A program made the position numbers and the translations under genes. The notes under the pieces are model-generated. The model was not told where the DNA came from and made no database searches. It saw only the letters and a program-made list of their open reading frames with translations. Shown piece after piece: positions 13,101-25,660 of a DNA stretch of 64,000 nucleotides. The first letter of the stretch is position 1. Each line of letters starts with the position of its first letter. Origin of the DNA: Nageia nagi (taxonomy: Eukaryota; Plantae; Pinophyta); assembly GCA_050084985.1 (NCBI GenBank), contig JBITNC010000002.1, positions 5,270,001-5,334,000 on the forward strand, written 5' to 3'.

Positions 13101-14647
13101 ATATATGTAACAATAATATTTCTAGAATCTGCCAAATCTAGTAAATTTTTAAGTACATCTTATACATAGACTTTACTCGCTATTTCGGATATCTTATTTT
13201 TGGACGTAGAAATTCAATTCACACAAGAAGTAAATTGTTCTCCGATACTAGCTTTATAAGGTAATGTGACAATTCCCAAGATTTGAAACCGTAGATTCCA
13301 GATGGCACTTAACACAGCTGAAGTCCACAACAGATTTGCCCATCAGCTCCCACAAACTAAAATCTCAATGCAAAAATTCTCCTTGCTACGCTGGCAACTC
13401 GTTCCCACTCAAATCCTCGATATTCCATCAACAAACAACAAGAACCACAAATGCCCAATTATTCATAGCTCCATGATTCCTCGGATTGAAATAAGACGGT
13501 TAAAGTATCTAACTGACGTTGTTAGATGGTGCCCAATCATCTATAGCTCCATAATTCCTTGGATTGAAATAAGTTAAATTATCTAACTAAACGTTGTTAG
13601 ATGGTAAGATGGAGCACATATCTGACATTGACCCACTTGCAAAAGTAGCTGATGCATCCGATGTTACTTGTGATCTAATGGTTAAATGGGGAACTTATCT
13701 GAAGATGATGCGATTTCTAGAGACAGCAATGTCCCACCTGTTAAGTGATTCCAATGTGAAATGTGATGATCGACAGGTAAAATGGAAACAATCATCCACC
13801 AATGACCCGCATTGAAAAAAAAACAGCTAAATGTGATCATCTAACAGTAAAATGGGGGAAATGTCCAACAATGGCCCATACTAAAACAAATAGCAGATAC
13901 ACCCTTGTTAAGTGATCCTCATATTCGTTGTGATCTAATAATGGTAAAATGGGCGAATTATCCATCAATAACCCACATTCAAAACCATGAAAATGTGCTA
14001 GATGTGCCCCTGTTAATAATACCATGTTAAATGTGATCTAATGGTAAAAATGGAATAGTTTCCAAAATGCAGATGTGCCCCTGATAGCTGACACATATGT
14101 TTAATGTCATCCAATAGTAAAATGGGAAGTCATCCATCAATGATCCACATTCTAAAAACAGCAAACACAACCTTTTTAAGAAATGCGCATGTTAAATATG
14201 ATCGCTAGAATTATCCCACAATAACCCATATAATCAAAATCAGCACAGACATCCGCTCTGAAGTAGTTCCCGTGGAAAACTATACATCGTGATTAAAGAA
14301 AGTCCACCAATTGTAATTCAATAAACATTTAATCGAATGAGCTAAAAACTCTTAAGACTTCAAATTTCACATAAAATCGTTCAAACTGAAGAAAACAAGC
14401 AAATGCATAAATAGATCCATACCTCGACTCCATACTTAATTGCAATGCCCGCCAAGGTGTCCAACTTCGAAACCCTATGCTCAATATAATTATTCCCCGA
14501 CGAAGAAGCAGCAGAAATCAATGATGATGATGAACAAGAAGAAGATGCAGCGTAAGGAAGAGAAGGAACATCACTGAAACTCAGATCCATATTCCTTTCC
14601 CCCAAATGTCCAAAGTTAAAGGCATCAGCATGCCCACCATGCCCCAT
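1147..14647 (-). CDS. LysM (peptidoglycan-binding) domain protein, At5g23130/At5g08200-like family; exons 14423-14647, 12473-12603, 1147-2053; about 420 aa
   Basis: The spliced frame gives YIEHRVSKLDTLAGIAIKYGVE|VSDIKRMNGLTTDLQMFAHKTLQIPLPGRHPPS (LysM) and the family C-terminus RPLFDAIPRPSNGWRNKAALD*. GT/AG junctions have consistent phases (0, 2) and the total of 1263 nt is divisible by 3. Confidence 0.9.
3218..6768 (+). mobile_element. Old internally deleted LTR retrotransposon (Copia-like) in LysM intron 2; LTRs 3218-3672 and 6397-6768
   Basis: Two related direct repeats starting TGTTA and ending CCAATA. Flanks TACAT/TGCAT (1 mismatch). Degenerate PBS tagtaatagagt at 3673. Purine-rich aagtggga before the 3' LTR, preceded by an HVHYIST...KLGV-like Copia pol end. 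Each LTR has its own internal tandem duplication. Confidence 0.6.
4913..5519. mobile_element. Possible solo LTR nested in the element above
   Basis: Ends cgttgaaagaaaatatc...gattatttttccaaca resemble TG..CA inverted LTR termini. No matching TSD. Confidence 0.3.
7401..8483. mobile_element. Non-autonomous hAT-type element (MITE)
   Basis: TIRs ctacgttacc(a)ggttc / gaacaggtaacttag, with an 8-bp TSD GTTACAGA at 7393-7400 and 8484-8491. Very AT-rich interior and GC-rich subterminal repeats. Confidence 0.8.
8752..10238. mobile_element. Solo LTR (1487 bp)
   Basis: Starts TGTAAC and ends GGGGACATTACA, with a perfect 5-bp TSD TTGAC at 8747-8751 and 10239-10243. It interrupts the gag remnant. Confidence 0.85.
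9350..9560. repeat. 30-bp minisatellite (about 6-7 copies) inside the solo LTR
   Basis: Unit approximately caataccttcagatctgatggatctattca. It produces the repetitive ORFs 9347-9622 and 9408-9650. Confidence 0.9.
13450..14260. repeat. Degenerate tandem repeats in LysM intron 1 (two copies of about 77 bp, then several units of about 60-90 bp)
   Basis: tgcccaat..atagctccat.attcct.ggattgaaataag occurs twice. The motif tgtgat..aatggtaaaatggg...tccatcaatgacccacat recurs. Confidence 0.7.
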
Positions 14648-16007
14648 CAAAAACCCTCATCCCCAATTTCCAAAAACCAAAACTTTCTCTTCCTTCTCTT
14701 CTCCTCTGAAATCACTCTGATCCACTGGAATTCGATCCCGGATCGTCTCAATTTAACGAGTTCACATTCATCCAAACCCTAGGGTGGTCCAAATTCCGCC
14801 AAATCTTCACCAAATTAGTCGCAAAAACCCTCTATCGAACCAAGGAATCGCACCGGATTCGATCATTCGCTGCAATGCCTGAACTTTCCAATGTGTATGG
14901 ACCCTCCTGAGAAATTTCAGGGCTCGTCCTCCTACAGGCGAGGGTTATTTGAGAGCAGGAAACACAATATAATAACGTTGTACGAAAGTGCCACGCCAAG
15001 TCCATGGCATGAAAGCTGGCAGGCCTTTGACATTTTGCACGGTAACATTTTGTGAGAATATTTTACTCTGGTCAATGGTGAAAAATAAATAAAAATTATT
15101 ACCAGGTATTTATTTACGCGTCCCATTTACGTTGTCGGTGCGAGGCAGGTGGTCACTAGGGTTCCTAACCTTACGGATAAAATGGCCGATTTATATTATT
15201 TACTACGTTAAATTTATTTATTTTATTGATTATTTATTAATATAAATATTTATATAGTTATAAGGGATTGGGTAGTTAAATTTTCTTATAATTGAATATT
15301 TGAAGGTATTGGATTTTAAAAACAAAATTTTGAACCTTATACACGATTCACTTTCATTATTTGTTTACCTTTTTCCAAACCAATTTTTTTATTGTCACCA
15401 TGTATGAGTCCAATCTTTATGGACAAGGAAAAAACACTGTTTATAGGTTGGAAGTTTCCTCCACATGATTTGTATTCCTGTCATGCATATTGTCACACTG
15501 ATTGTCGTTTTTAATATGAAATAGTTTATTTTACAAAGCATTCCTACAAGGTTTAAATATTATTTTGCAAATCTAAAGACTTGTTTTTAGGCTTTTTCTT
15601 ATATTGTGTAATTACTTCAATTTATATTATAACAATAAGGAAGTTTGAGCTCCTATCTTGCTTCAATTATATTATAAGAAGAGAGTGTTTCTAAGATCTT
15701 CCACTTCACTTAAAGAAATTGGTGAGGGTTAACAATTTTTCTTTCATGTCAGGAAAAAAATATTAGAGTTAAATTATATTTATTTATTTATTTATATATA
15801 GGGTAGAGGATTCAATAGTTGAGCATGTTCTAATGGTTGTGAAGGTTATTGTCATATATTTGTCCATTTATAGAATATATTTGGTCTCATAGTTATGCAT
15901 TAAAATATAAATTGTTGTACATTAAATTATCAATTTTTATAAATTTTCGTGTTAATAAGTAAATTACAAGTAATCATTTTAAATTTATTTTAAATATATC
16001 ATTGATA

Positions 16008-16443
16008 GGGGAAAAGATCTAGTAGTGATGCACCCTAATTTCATGCCTCTTAAATTCCAACTTAATAAAGTCTAATCGTTCTAAATTTTTTATAATTTCT
16101 TCCTCGCATAGTTGTCTACTTATAACTAAAGTTTCGAGTCATCTTCATCAAATTTGATAGGTTAATTAAACATGTGACTTAACGCTTAACTACTAGTGTA
16201 AGTGTAATTAACAATAGGGGGTTGTAATTCACACCCATAGGTATGACTTTAGAAAAGTGTTATTTTGGATAATTTCTACGACGATGCATAATTAACCTAT
16301 CAAATTTTATGATGATGACTTAAAACCTTAGTTATAAGCAGTCAACTAAACAAGGAAGAAGCTGTAAAAAAAATAGAGCAATTCAACTTTATTATGTCAG
16401 GTTTTAAGTGGCATAAAGTTAGGGTGCACAACTACTGGGTCCT

Positions 16444-16449
<6 letters not shown>
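16008..16449. mobile_element. Fold-back MITE with inverted arms of about 160 bp and TA flanks
   Basis: 16008-16168 is the reverse complement of about 16290-16449 (roughly 80% identity by eye). TA lies on both sides. A related end gggtagagga..tagttg occurs at 15801 after another TA run. Confidence 0.8.

Positions 16450-16505
<56 letters not shown>
16450..16505. repeat. (TA)n microsatellite
   Basis: About 27 TA units directly after the MITE end. Confidence 0.95.
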
Positions 16506-16508
<3 letters not shown>

Positions 16509-17010
16509 GTTATTTATTATTACAAAATTGATTATAGTAATTAAAAAAATTCAAAATTACTTTAAGAGGTTTCATATATTAATCAATTATATTATATTTA
16601 AAAAATTAAATTTATTAATATTAATAAATTTATTCTTTTAAATATAAAAGGTAAAGTTAACATTTAATATCTTTTAATCATATTCAATTGTAGAGTATAA
16701 GAAGAGATTTTAAATGTCATTAATGTAAAGGGTGGAAGCGAAATGTAGGACCTTCCACATGGGTGTCTTCACATCTCCCTTCACCCAACTTCGGTAATAA
16801 GAGGTGATAGAACTAAATAATAATGTAAAAATAAACATAACTCCTCTTATTTAGGGTGTTGTTTAGAATCTTGAAGGTTTCAAGCAAGCAAAATTAAGAT
16901 GATTTAGAAAATGCAATATTACAAGTCACATCACATTATAAAAGTTTAATTTATTGATTGTTTTAATGATAGCTAACATAATAAATAAATACATCGCAAT
17001 CATCATGAAA

Positions 17011-17138
17011 TGTTAAGGGAGTTGGGAGAACATTAGGTGTGGAAACTCTCAAATGATGTAAAGAGAGTCCCAAGTTCAAATCCCATCCCTTTGAGGCCCT
17101 TGTAAAATCCCTTCTCAATAATAATAAAAAAATAAAAT
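17011..17138 (+). mobile_element. tRNA-derived SINE-like element
   Basis: B-box-like caagttcaaatccc, an A-rich tail, and flanking direct repeat ATCATGAA on both sides. A related fragment lies near 24645-24700. Confidence 0.5.
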
Positions 17139-17341
17139 ATCATGAATAAAAAGTAAAACATATATTCTAAATATTGCAAAATAGTAAATATGTAAGGATC
17201 TTCAATAATAGATTAATTAAATATAAATTGGAAATGAGAAAAGTTAAAGTAATAATGTTAAAAATAGAAAAAGAGTTCTTGTATATGAAGAAAGTTTACC
17301 TCCTAAAATAAAAATTTGATACAATTGGAAAATATATGATG

Positions 17342-17545
17342 GCCTTTATTACAATGATTTGATGATATGCTAAGATACAACCCTTCCTATATTAACAATG
17401 CAATGTCCTTTATTATAATGATTTGATGATATGCCAAGATACAACCCTTCTTATACTAACAATATAATGTTCTTTATTACAATGATTTGATGTCCTTTAT
17501 TACAATGATTTGATGATATGCCAAGATACAACCCTTCCTATACAA
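17342..17545. repeat. Tandem repeat of about 65 bp, 3 copies plus a partial
   Basis: cctttattacaatgatttgatgatatg.caagatacaacccttc repeated. Confidence 0.9.
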
Positions 17546-18096
17546 ATATGTAATTATATGAATAATTAATAGTGTTAGGATAAACTCCTAGCATGCCCTC
17601 CTCTTTCAAAAGGGTTTATCCACAATGCTAGAAATTTAAAAATTACGGTTGAAGTTGATATAATGATTCCCATGTAGCATCCTCAAGTGATAGTCCTTTC
17701 CATTGAACTAATACTTATATGATGGTGCAATTATGTAGGGGCGAGAATGATCGTAAATAGTTATTTTATTTATACAAATATCGAAACTTCTTCATTGAAC
17801 TTGGATAAAGTACTTTGAATTTATATGTTATGATCAATATTTTTTTTAGATCTTAGAGGAAGTTGGTAACTCTAGTTGTCGAATATAGCACCAGTATATC
17901 AAATGACTTTGTATGGCTTGTAAAACTTTGGGATTTAGGGGCAAGCAATTTAAGGTATTTTTTATGCAACAGTTTTTAGCCACCTCACTTTGGGATTTTG
18001 GTGGGGTGGTTTTAAACCACCACCATAAATCATAAGGAGGTGGGTTAAAACCACTTCTCAATGTCATCCCAAAAAAATAAATAAAAACCTTCACAA

Positions 18097-21000
18097 GGAA
18101 CTTAGACGAGCACTTGGAAATGCAATCACTTAGAAAATTTTATTTTTTTCAAGTTTTCCTAAGAGAGTAAAGGTGAGGAGGTAGAGGAGAGGAGAAGAGA
18201 GGCAAGACAAAGTGAAGCGAGGCACCATTGTAGCAAGTATCTTGTCAAAGAATTGGTGTGCCTTATATTCTTTTGCATTTTGCAAAGTACATGTCTAAGG
18301 CTTAGCACCTAACAATTTATTTTAAGTTTTAGGGTTTGAGAGAGCAAAGGTAAAATAGATAGAAGAGAGGAGAGGCAAGGTGAGCATAGATGTCAATACA
18401 GTAAGTATCTTAACAAACAATTATTGTACCTTAAATTATTCCATATTTTACAAAATACATGTATAGGGTTTAATACTTGATAATTATTTTTTAGTTTTAG
18501 GGCTTGAGAGAGCAAAGATGAGGCAAGTAGAGGAGAGGAGAGGTGAGGCATGGTAAATAGAGGCATTGGTGTAGTAAGTATCTTATCAAATAATTATTAC
18601 ACCTTGTATTCTTGTGCATTTTGTAAAATGCATATTTAGAGTTTAATACCTAATAATTATTTTTGAGTTTTAGGGCCCAAGAGAGTAAAGGTAAGGTAAG
18701 TAGAGGAGAATGAAGGTGAGGCGAGGAGAGACATTAGTGCAACAGGTTTACTTAAACATTTTACAAAATACATCTTTATCAAGGTTTAATAATTAATAAT
18801 TACATTTAGAATAAAAGTCTTTAGCATTTTTTTCAGAAAACCTGTCTTATCAAACAATTTTTGATCCTTGTGTATTCTTTCACATTTTGCATACATGTCT
18901 ATCATGACATTCAAAACCACAACATTTGATTTACAAGAACCAAGTAGAAAGATCAACACATTTAATTCAAGTTTGAGTATTTTGGTAATGAAGTTCAAAG
19001 CTCCCTCGAGATAGCCTGCACGAACAAGAGTCACTCATGCTATTAAAGTATTTATAACCCTCAAACACTAAACCTATATGATTGCATGTTATTAAAGTAT
19101 TCAAGTGCTTTCATCAAATCAAAAAGTTTAAGGGCATCCTTGTATTAGTCATGAATTATGTATACTCCAATCATTATAGTCCATGAAGATGTATTTGCAT
19201 CATGTAGATTATCAAATGATTCTTGTGCCTTGTGTATTCTTCCATATTTTCCATACATGTTTACAGGGCATTCATAACCATAGGATAGGTGAGGTAGGAA
19301 AAGGCATTAATGCAGTAGGTATTTTTTTATATTTTGCAAAATACATATCTATGAGGACTTAACACTTGATAATTTCATTTGGATAAAAGTCTCTAGGTCC
19401 TTTTTCAAAAAACCCATTTTTTATGTGTCTTGCAATCATTACAATCCATGAAATTGTGTTTGCATCATGCATCGTATCAAACAACTCCTGGGCCTTTTGT
19501 ATTCTTCCATGTTTTGCACACATGTCTATAAAATACTCACAACCACAACATTTGATGAAAACCCATTTTCAACTACTCTTTGATGGATGTCCATACTTTC
19601 TTCTAGAGCTTCAATGGTGTCATATGTTGGAAGAATTCTAGCAAATGTTACAAAGTTTTCTTTACACCTAACAATTGCATTTACTGAAAATTTTGTAGAG
19701 CCTTTTACAAAAATCCATTTTTTGCATATCCTATAATTGTTGTAGTCTATGAAACTGCATTCTGATGAGACATAAATTTTTTTATAAGAAATTAATTTAT
19801 GTTGTGTGTCTCGTAAAAAATATGTTAGTACTCTATCTTTTATCAGTGTCCTTACTCTTTAAATACCATAATAGATATAATGTTTCATGGGTATCAATCG
19901 TAAATAGAGTATGCATTGATTAGTGGGTCTTACCAATTGATGCTATTATATGTTGGATAAGATTAGCAAAAATGATAGTGGATGAAAACTCCAAGGATAC
20001 AGAAATGTTATGAAATTTTATCCATTGAAAACTACATATTTATTTAAATAATAAAAATCAATGATTGTTCCTTTGTGATGAAAATAAAAGTAAATTATTA
20101 TGTTAGGTATATATAGCTACCATTAATTATTGAATCATAAAGTGAATTCAGATCTTGGAATCATTTGAGATAACTCATCCTAAGGAACGCATACAATGCC
20201 AATAGTTTATGTATAATTCATTTATGTACAAAATGTTGACATTGTGTCCTTTAGGATAAGTTTTCTCAACGATTTCAAAATCATAATTCCTTTCAATATT
20301 TAATGCTATAAAAATGTATCAATGGAAAATAATTTACTTTATATGATGTGTACAATTTCTAATTACTATTATGTACATTTCAAGATGATTTGCATATTAA
20401 TGAAGAATTTTTCATGAAATTTTTATATTATAGAAACCATCTCCACTTTCTTCCGAAACTGATTTTCTACAATGTTGATGCATAAATATTTGTATAAGAA
20501 ACTAGTTTAAAAGTCTATCTTTTACCGATGTCCTCACCCTTTGAACATAAAAGCAACTATTATGACCTCCTTATTACCTTCTTGGCAAATTGTATTCATT
20601 CCTCCAAGGCATATTGATGTTATTAAAGACTCTTGAATGAGTGCTTAGGAACTTAGGCATACACTTAGAAAGTTATCAAGTGGGCAGCTAAAAAGTTTTG
20701 AGTTTCCTCGAGAGAGCATAGGTGAGGGGGTAGAGGAGATGCATGACAAGGCATCGATGTAATAAGTATATTATTAAATAATTGTCATGCCTTGTATTCT
20801 TCTCTATTTTGCAAAATGTGTTTATCAGGGCTTAACACCTAAAAATTACATTTGGATAAAAGTCTCTAGGGCCTTTTGCAGAAAATATATTTTTTATGTA
20901 TCCTGTAATCATTACAATCCATAAGATTATGTTTGCATCATGCTTCTTTTCAAACAATTCTTGGACCTTGTGTATTCTTATACATTTTGCATCTTTTTTG

Positions 21001-22555
21001 CAGCCATGAATTATATCCTCCAATCATTAGAATCCATGAAACAATGTTTGATTTATGCATCTTGTCAAATAATTATTGGGTCTTGTGTATTCTTACACAT
21101 TTTGCATTCTTATTGTATCCATGATTGCATATCCTCCAATAAATTGCAATCCATGAAATTGTTATTGCATCATGCATCTTGTTAAATGATTCTTGCATCA
21201 TTTACATTGCATAACCAAGAAGGTCAACAATGCATGTATGATTCATACCAAGAATAACACAATAAGATTTAATCACGTTATTAGAGTATTTACAACCAAA
21301 GTTATGTTGTAATGGTTTGTTCTCAAGTGCTTCATCAAAGAGTTAACTAGGACATATTTGTTGTAGTTATGAATTGCATATCATCTAATCATTGCATTCC
21401 ATAAAAAAGTATCCCATGTAAAAAATAAAAGGAACTTAGGTGGGCACTTGGAAAGTTTCAAATTTTTTGAGTTTGTCAAATAATTATTATGCCTCATATT
21501 CTTCCATATTTTGTAAAATACATATCTATCAAGTTTTAACACTTAATAATTATTTTTGAGTTTTTGGGTAGAGGATAGGAGAGGTAAGTAGAGGCATTGG
21601 TACAATAGGTATTCTTTAGTATTTTACAAAATACATGTCTATCAAGACTTAAAACTTGACAATTGCATCTAGAATAAAAATTCTTAGGGTATTTTTTTAG
21701 AAAACCCATTTTGTATATATTCTATAATCATTGCAAACCATGAACCAATGTTTGAATCATGCATTTTGTCAAATAATTCCCAAGCCTTATTTATTCTTCC
21801 ATATTTTGCATATATATCTATCATGGCATTCAAAACCATAATATATTTGATTTATAAACACCAAGTAGACATACACACATGCAATTTAAATTTTATGGGC
21901 ATTTTGGAAATGAAGTTCAAAGCTTCCTCAAGATAGTCTACACGATCAAGAAGGTCAACAATGCATGTATAATGATTCATCCTAGGAATAATGAAATAAG
22001 AGTCAATCATGCTATTAAACTATTTACAACCCTCATCCATTAGAGTTACATAGATGCTTACAAGTAGAACACATACAATGGTTATCTTGTTAGGGTCGGT
22101 TACACATTTTGCATCCATGTCTATCAGGGGATTTACAATCATAACATTCAACGATAAACCATTTTTAACTACTCTTTAATGTATTTCACGAAAAATCATT
22201 GACAACTCTAACAATGATTCCAATGGGAATCTTTAACAACCCTAACATAATTAACAACTTTTTGCTATGCTAGCAAAGAAGCAATTCTTTATTATCAACC
22301 TCCACATTATGCAACCATGTATTGTATTTGGAATATAACTCATTGCCTTAATCTATTTCTCCATTTTTTTATAGATCTATGTTTGTGGGTGTGATATCTC
22401 TCCTACAAGAAAAGTATGTACCCTTTTTTCAACTTCAATCCAACCATATCCAGGTATATTCTTGATTCTTCTAACTGTCATCAATGTCCTTACTCTTTGA
22501 ACATTATCCAACTACCCACTTCAACATAAATATTTGAAAGGAGAACATAAGATTA
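18097..22555 (-). pseudogene. Scrambled, tandemly amplified PLS/E-class PPR gene fragments
   Basis: Many minus-strand IDMYAKC.RIHKA..LFDK and W..MI.GY motifs. An E/E+ remnant YVLLSNIY..W..VQRVRTLM..PGYGWIEVEKRVHTFLVGEISHPQ lies at about 22380-22550. Stops and frameshifts throughout. Confidence 0.8.
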
Positions 22556-22559
22556 AACA

Positions 22560-23900
22560 TATTTAGGTTCTAGGAAAAAAAGAATATTTACCACAAATTC
22601 CATCCCACCTACTTCTAACAAAATCCATAATGCATGATGAGTGGGGTTAGTTCCCCAAGTGATAAAATTATCTTTCCATTTGTTAGCTAATAGAATGATA
22701 GGGTCTCCACTACCATGAGAGTGATTAGTGACATGGTAGAGAGTGATTAGTGACATACAACTGACTTCTAGCCCATAAAAGAGAGTATGTATATTAAAAT
22801 GTGAAATCAACTGCTTTAACTTCTTGCAAATATATGAAATTAAGATGATCACAAGACTAAGAACAATAAACAAATTCATCTCATATTATATATCATGAAA
22901 CTGGGTTTGTCAACCCCTTGACATTCTAGGAAAGCAAATCATTTTGGAATGTTGAGTATCATACCTCCACTTGCCTGGTTAATATTCTCCAAATTGGAAA
23001 GCATCTGTAAAGAATTACTTGTAAAAATATCTTGAGCCTTATTGGGAAAGTTGGTTTATCTTCATTTATCAATCTGAATTGGAATGTTTCCTCAAGGAGA
23101 ATTGTGTGACCGTCAACCCTAAAATCAAGTGTGAACCCCCTCTCCTACCTCTAATTGTTGAATAATTGAGGACACAAGAGGGAGTACTCCATCTAGTATG
23201 TCTTGTGTTTAATTTGAAACAAATGACAATGACAAAGAGGGAGTTTGCATCTCCAAGGACAACTTGAGGGCTACCACTTGGATATAACTTGAAGAGGGTT
23301 GACTCATATTCACAAGCTTACCCCCTTTTCCTTTCTTGTTTGTCATGGTCTTCCATTCGTCCTGATTCCTCTCCGAAAGTTGATTTGAAGTGGTGGGAGC
23401 TGGAGCAATCAAAGATGGTCCTTTGGCTTTGAATTTTTCAACCATCAATGGACAATCTTTAATTATATGACCCCGATTGGCACCTATAACAAGTGTCAGA
23501 AAGGTTGACATACACCACCCTTGATGAAGATGGGTATTCCTTATTTGAATATACACATACTCTTTTAGGGATTTTGCTAAATCCACTTTGATACACATTC
23601 AAGAAGTTAGTCGAGCCACATAAAAAATGGGTTGATTCATCACATAAATTCTCCTATGAGAGAAGCTAGGATTCGTAAAAATAATCATTCAAGCAAAAAG
23701 ACGCTTGGGAACTCCACCCAAACTAGGACAACTACCAGTCCCTAGACCATGGCTGAAAAAAAAAGAATGTTATAGACATAGCATGGATCTTTGCTAAGAA
23801 CTTGTTGAACTTTAATAAAATCAAAGAAGCAAAAATGAAAAAAAAAACCTTTGGTGAAATTTACACATGTTCAATTGTATTGATCAATGCAAGAAATCAT
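22560..23900 (-). mobile_element. L1-like LINE fragment (ORF1 zinc-knuckle region and probable start of the endonuclease)
   Basis: CIKVDLAKSL...GHIIKDCPLMV closely resembles ORF1 of the LINE at 33.6-34.1 kb (HKIRDCPLMV). Confidence 0.65.
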
Positions 23901-25660
23901 GTACTCTCTCAAAAAAAAAAGCAATTTGAAAGAAACTAGCAGTTCTAGCAATGCATTTAGTTTAACTCTATCTAAGCTCTCTCCATGACCATAATATCAA
24001 CTTCAGATCAAATTATAATTACAAATATCATTATAAAAAAAAAAAAATCTCATCTTTTTTAACATTTTAATTACAAAACTTACATATTATTTAAGATTTT
24101 AAAAGGAAAAAAATCTCTTCTTCTATAATATCTAAATTACAAAACAAAACTTACAATATTTAAGGTATCATCCATCTACCTATTTCATATGTAATTTGAA
24201 GTTTATATGAATTATTTCTTAATTTTGTAAATTAATTTTTAATTTTATAATCATAATCTTTGTTGATTTAAAATTATCCATATTAGAAATTTATGTGAAT
24301 TAGTTCTTAATTTTGTAACCATAATCTTAAAGATATATTTTATTAACATAAAAAATTTCACATTTAAAACTTCAATTATTACTGGAGTTTATTAAAGTAA
24401 TAAATTCTTCCATTGTAAATTCAATTAATTTTGATATAATCCTTTACATATATTAAAAAACGCCTAGAGATATCATTTCCGAATAATTTAGAAACTATTT
24501 CTTAAAATTATTATATTATCAATAATATAGATTATAAACTATTTCACGGCTGATAATATAATAATTTAGAAATTAATGTTTATAAGAAATGTATATAAAA
24601 AATTTAAAACAATGAATATATAAATTTAAAACATCATCTAACAAGTGTAGGGCAGTTGGTAAGAAGGGGTAGTTGAAATCTCTCGAGTTGTTAACGAGAG
24701 GTCTATATAAATTTAAAATACCTAATGCATTTAAATATTTTTATTTGAATACACGATAAATATATTTAAAACAATGATTGTATTATATGATATGAACAAT
24801 AACAATTACATATTTGAATACACAACAAATGTATTTAATTACATATTTTAAACAATGAATGCATTTTATAATCTGAACAGTAATAATTTAATATAATTAT
24901 GTCGATGTAGTATTAAATTATATATAAATTAAAACAAAAAATGTATAAATTTAAAATAATCAATGTATTTAAATATATTAAATTATATACAACTAGTATA
25001 GCTATGTCGGTATATTATTAAATTTATATTTAAAATAATTAATAAAGTTGATTGTAGATGATGAATATACTGAGTGACATTTTAACTCCCCACTTCCCAC
25101 CCTTTAGCTACCATTATAGTTATACCTTTCAACCTAAAAAATACATTTAATAATCTATATGAATAAAAACATCTTGTTTGCTGCATAAAAACTAATAACA
25201 TTCAATTCCACAAATAGTATAACAAATCTTTGGAAGAAATTTATCTGTAAAATTATCAATCAATATCCAAATAGCTGTAATGATGATAGCTGTTTAAATA
25301 TACAGTTGATCTATTTCATCTAAATCATAGTCAAATATGATGCAATGTTGAAATCCTGGATAGTTGGATTTTCTTAGATTTCTACCTTCATAGCACATAT
25401 TACAACATGCCTACAAGTAGCAGCTATAAAAAATTTAACACTTCTGGTAAATGCTCACTGATAGAACAGAGATGCAAGTTTGTATAAAGATGTAACATTA
25501 TAACAGTAGTATTTGTAATGGTTGCACCTGTATGATTAGAAACATAGCATAGAATTGGTGAAACAATGATCATAACCAAACCTCGACTTGGATGTAGGAA
25601 AGGGGCAATGAATCGCTATATATAGTTGATTGTTCACTCCTTTCAGCCCTGTAACTTTGC

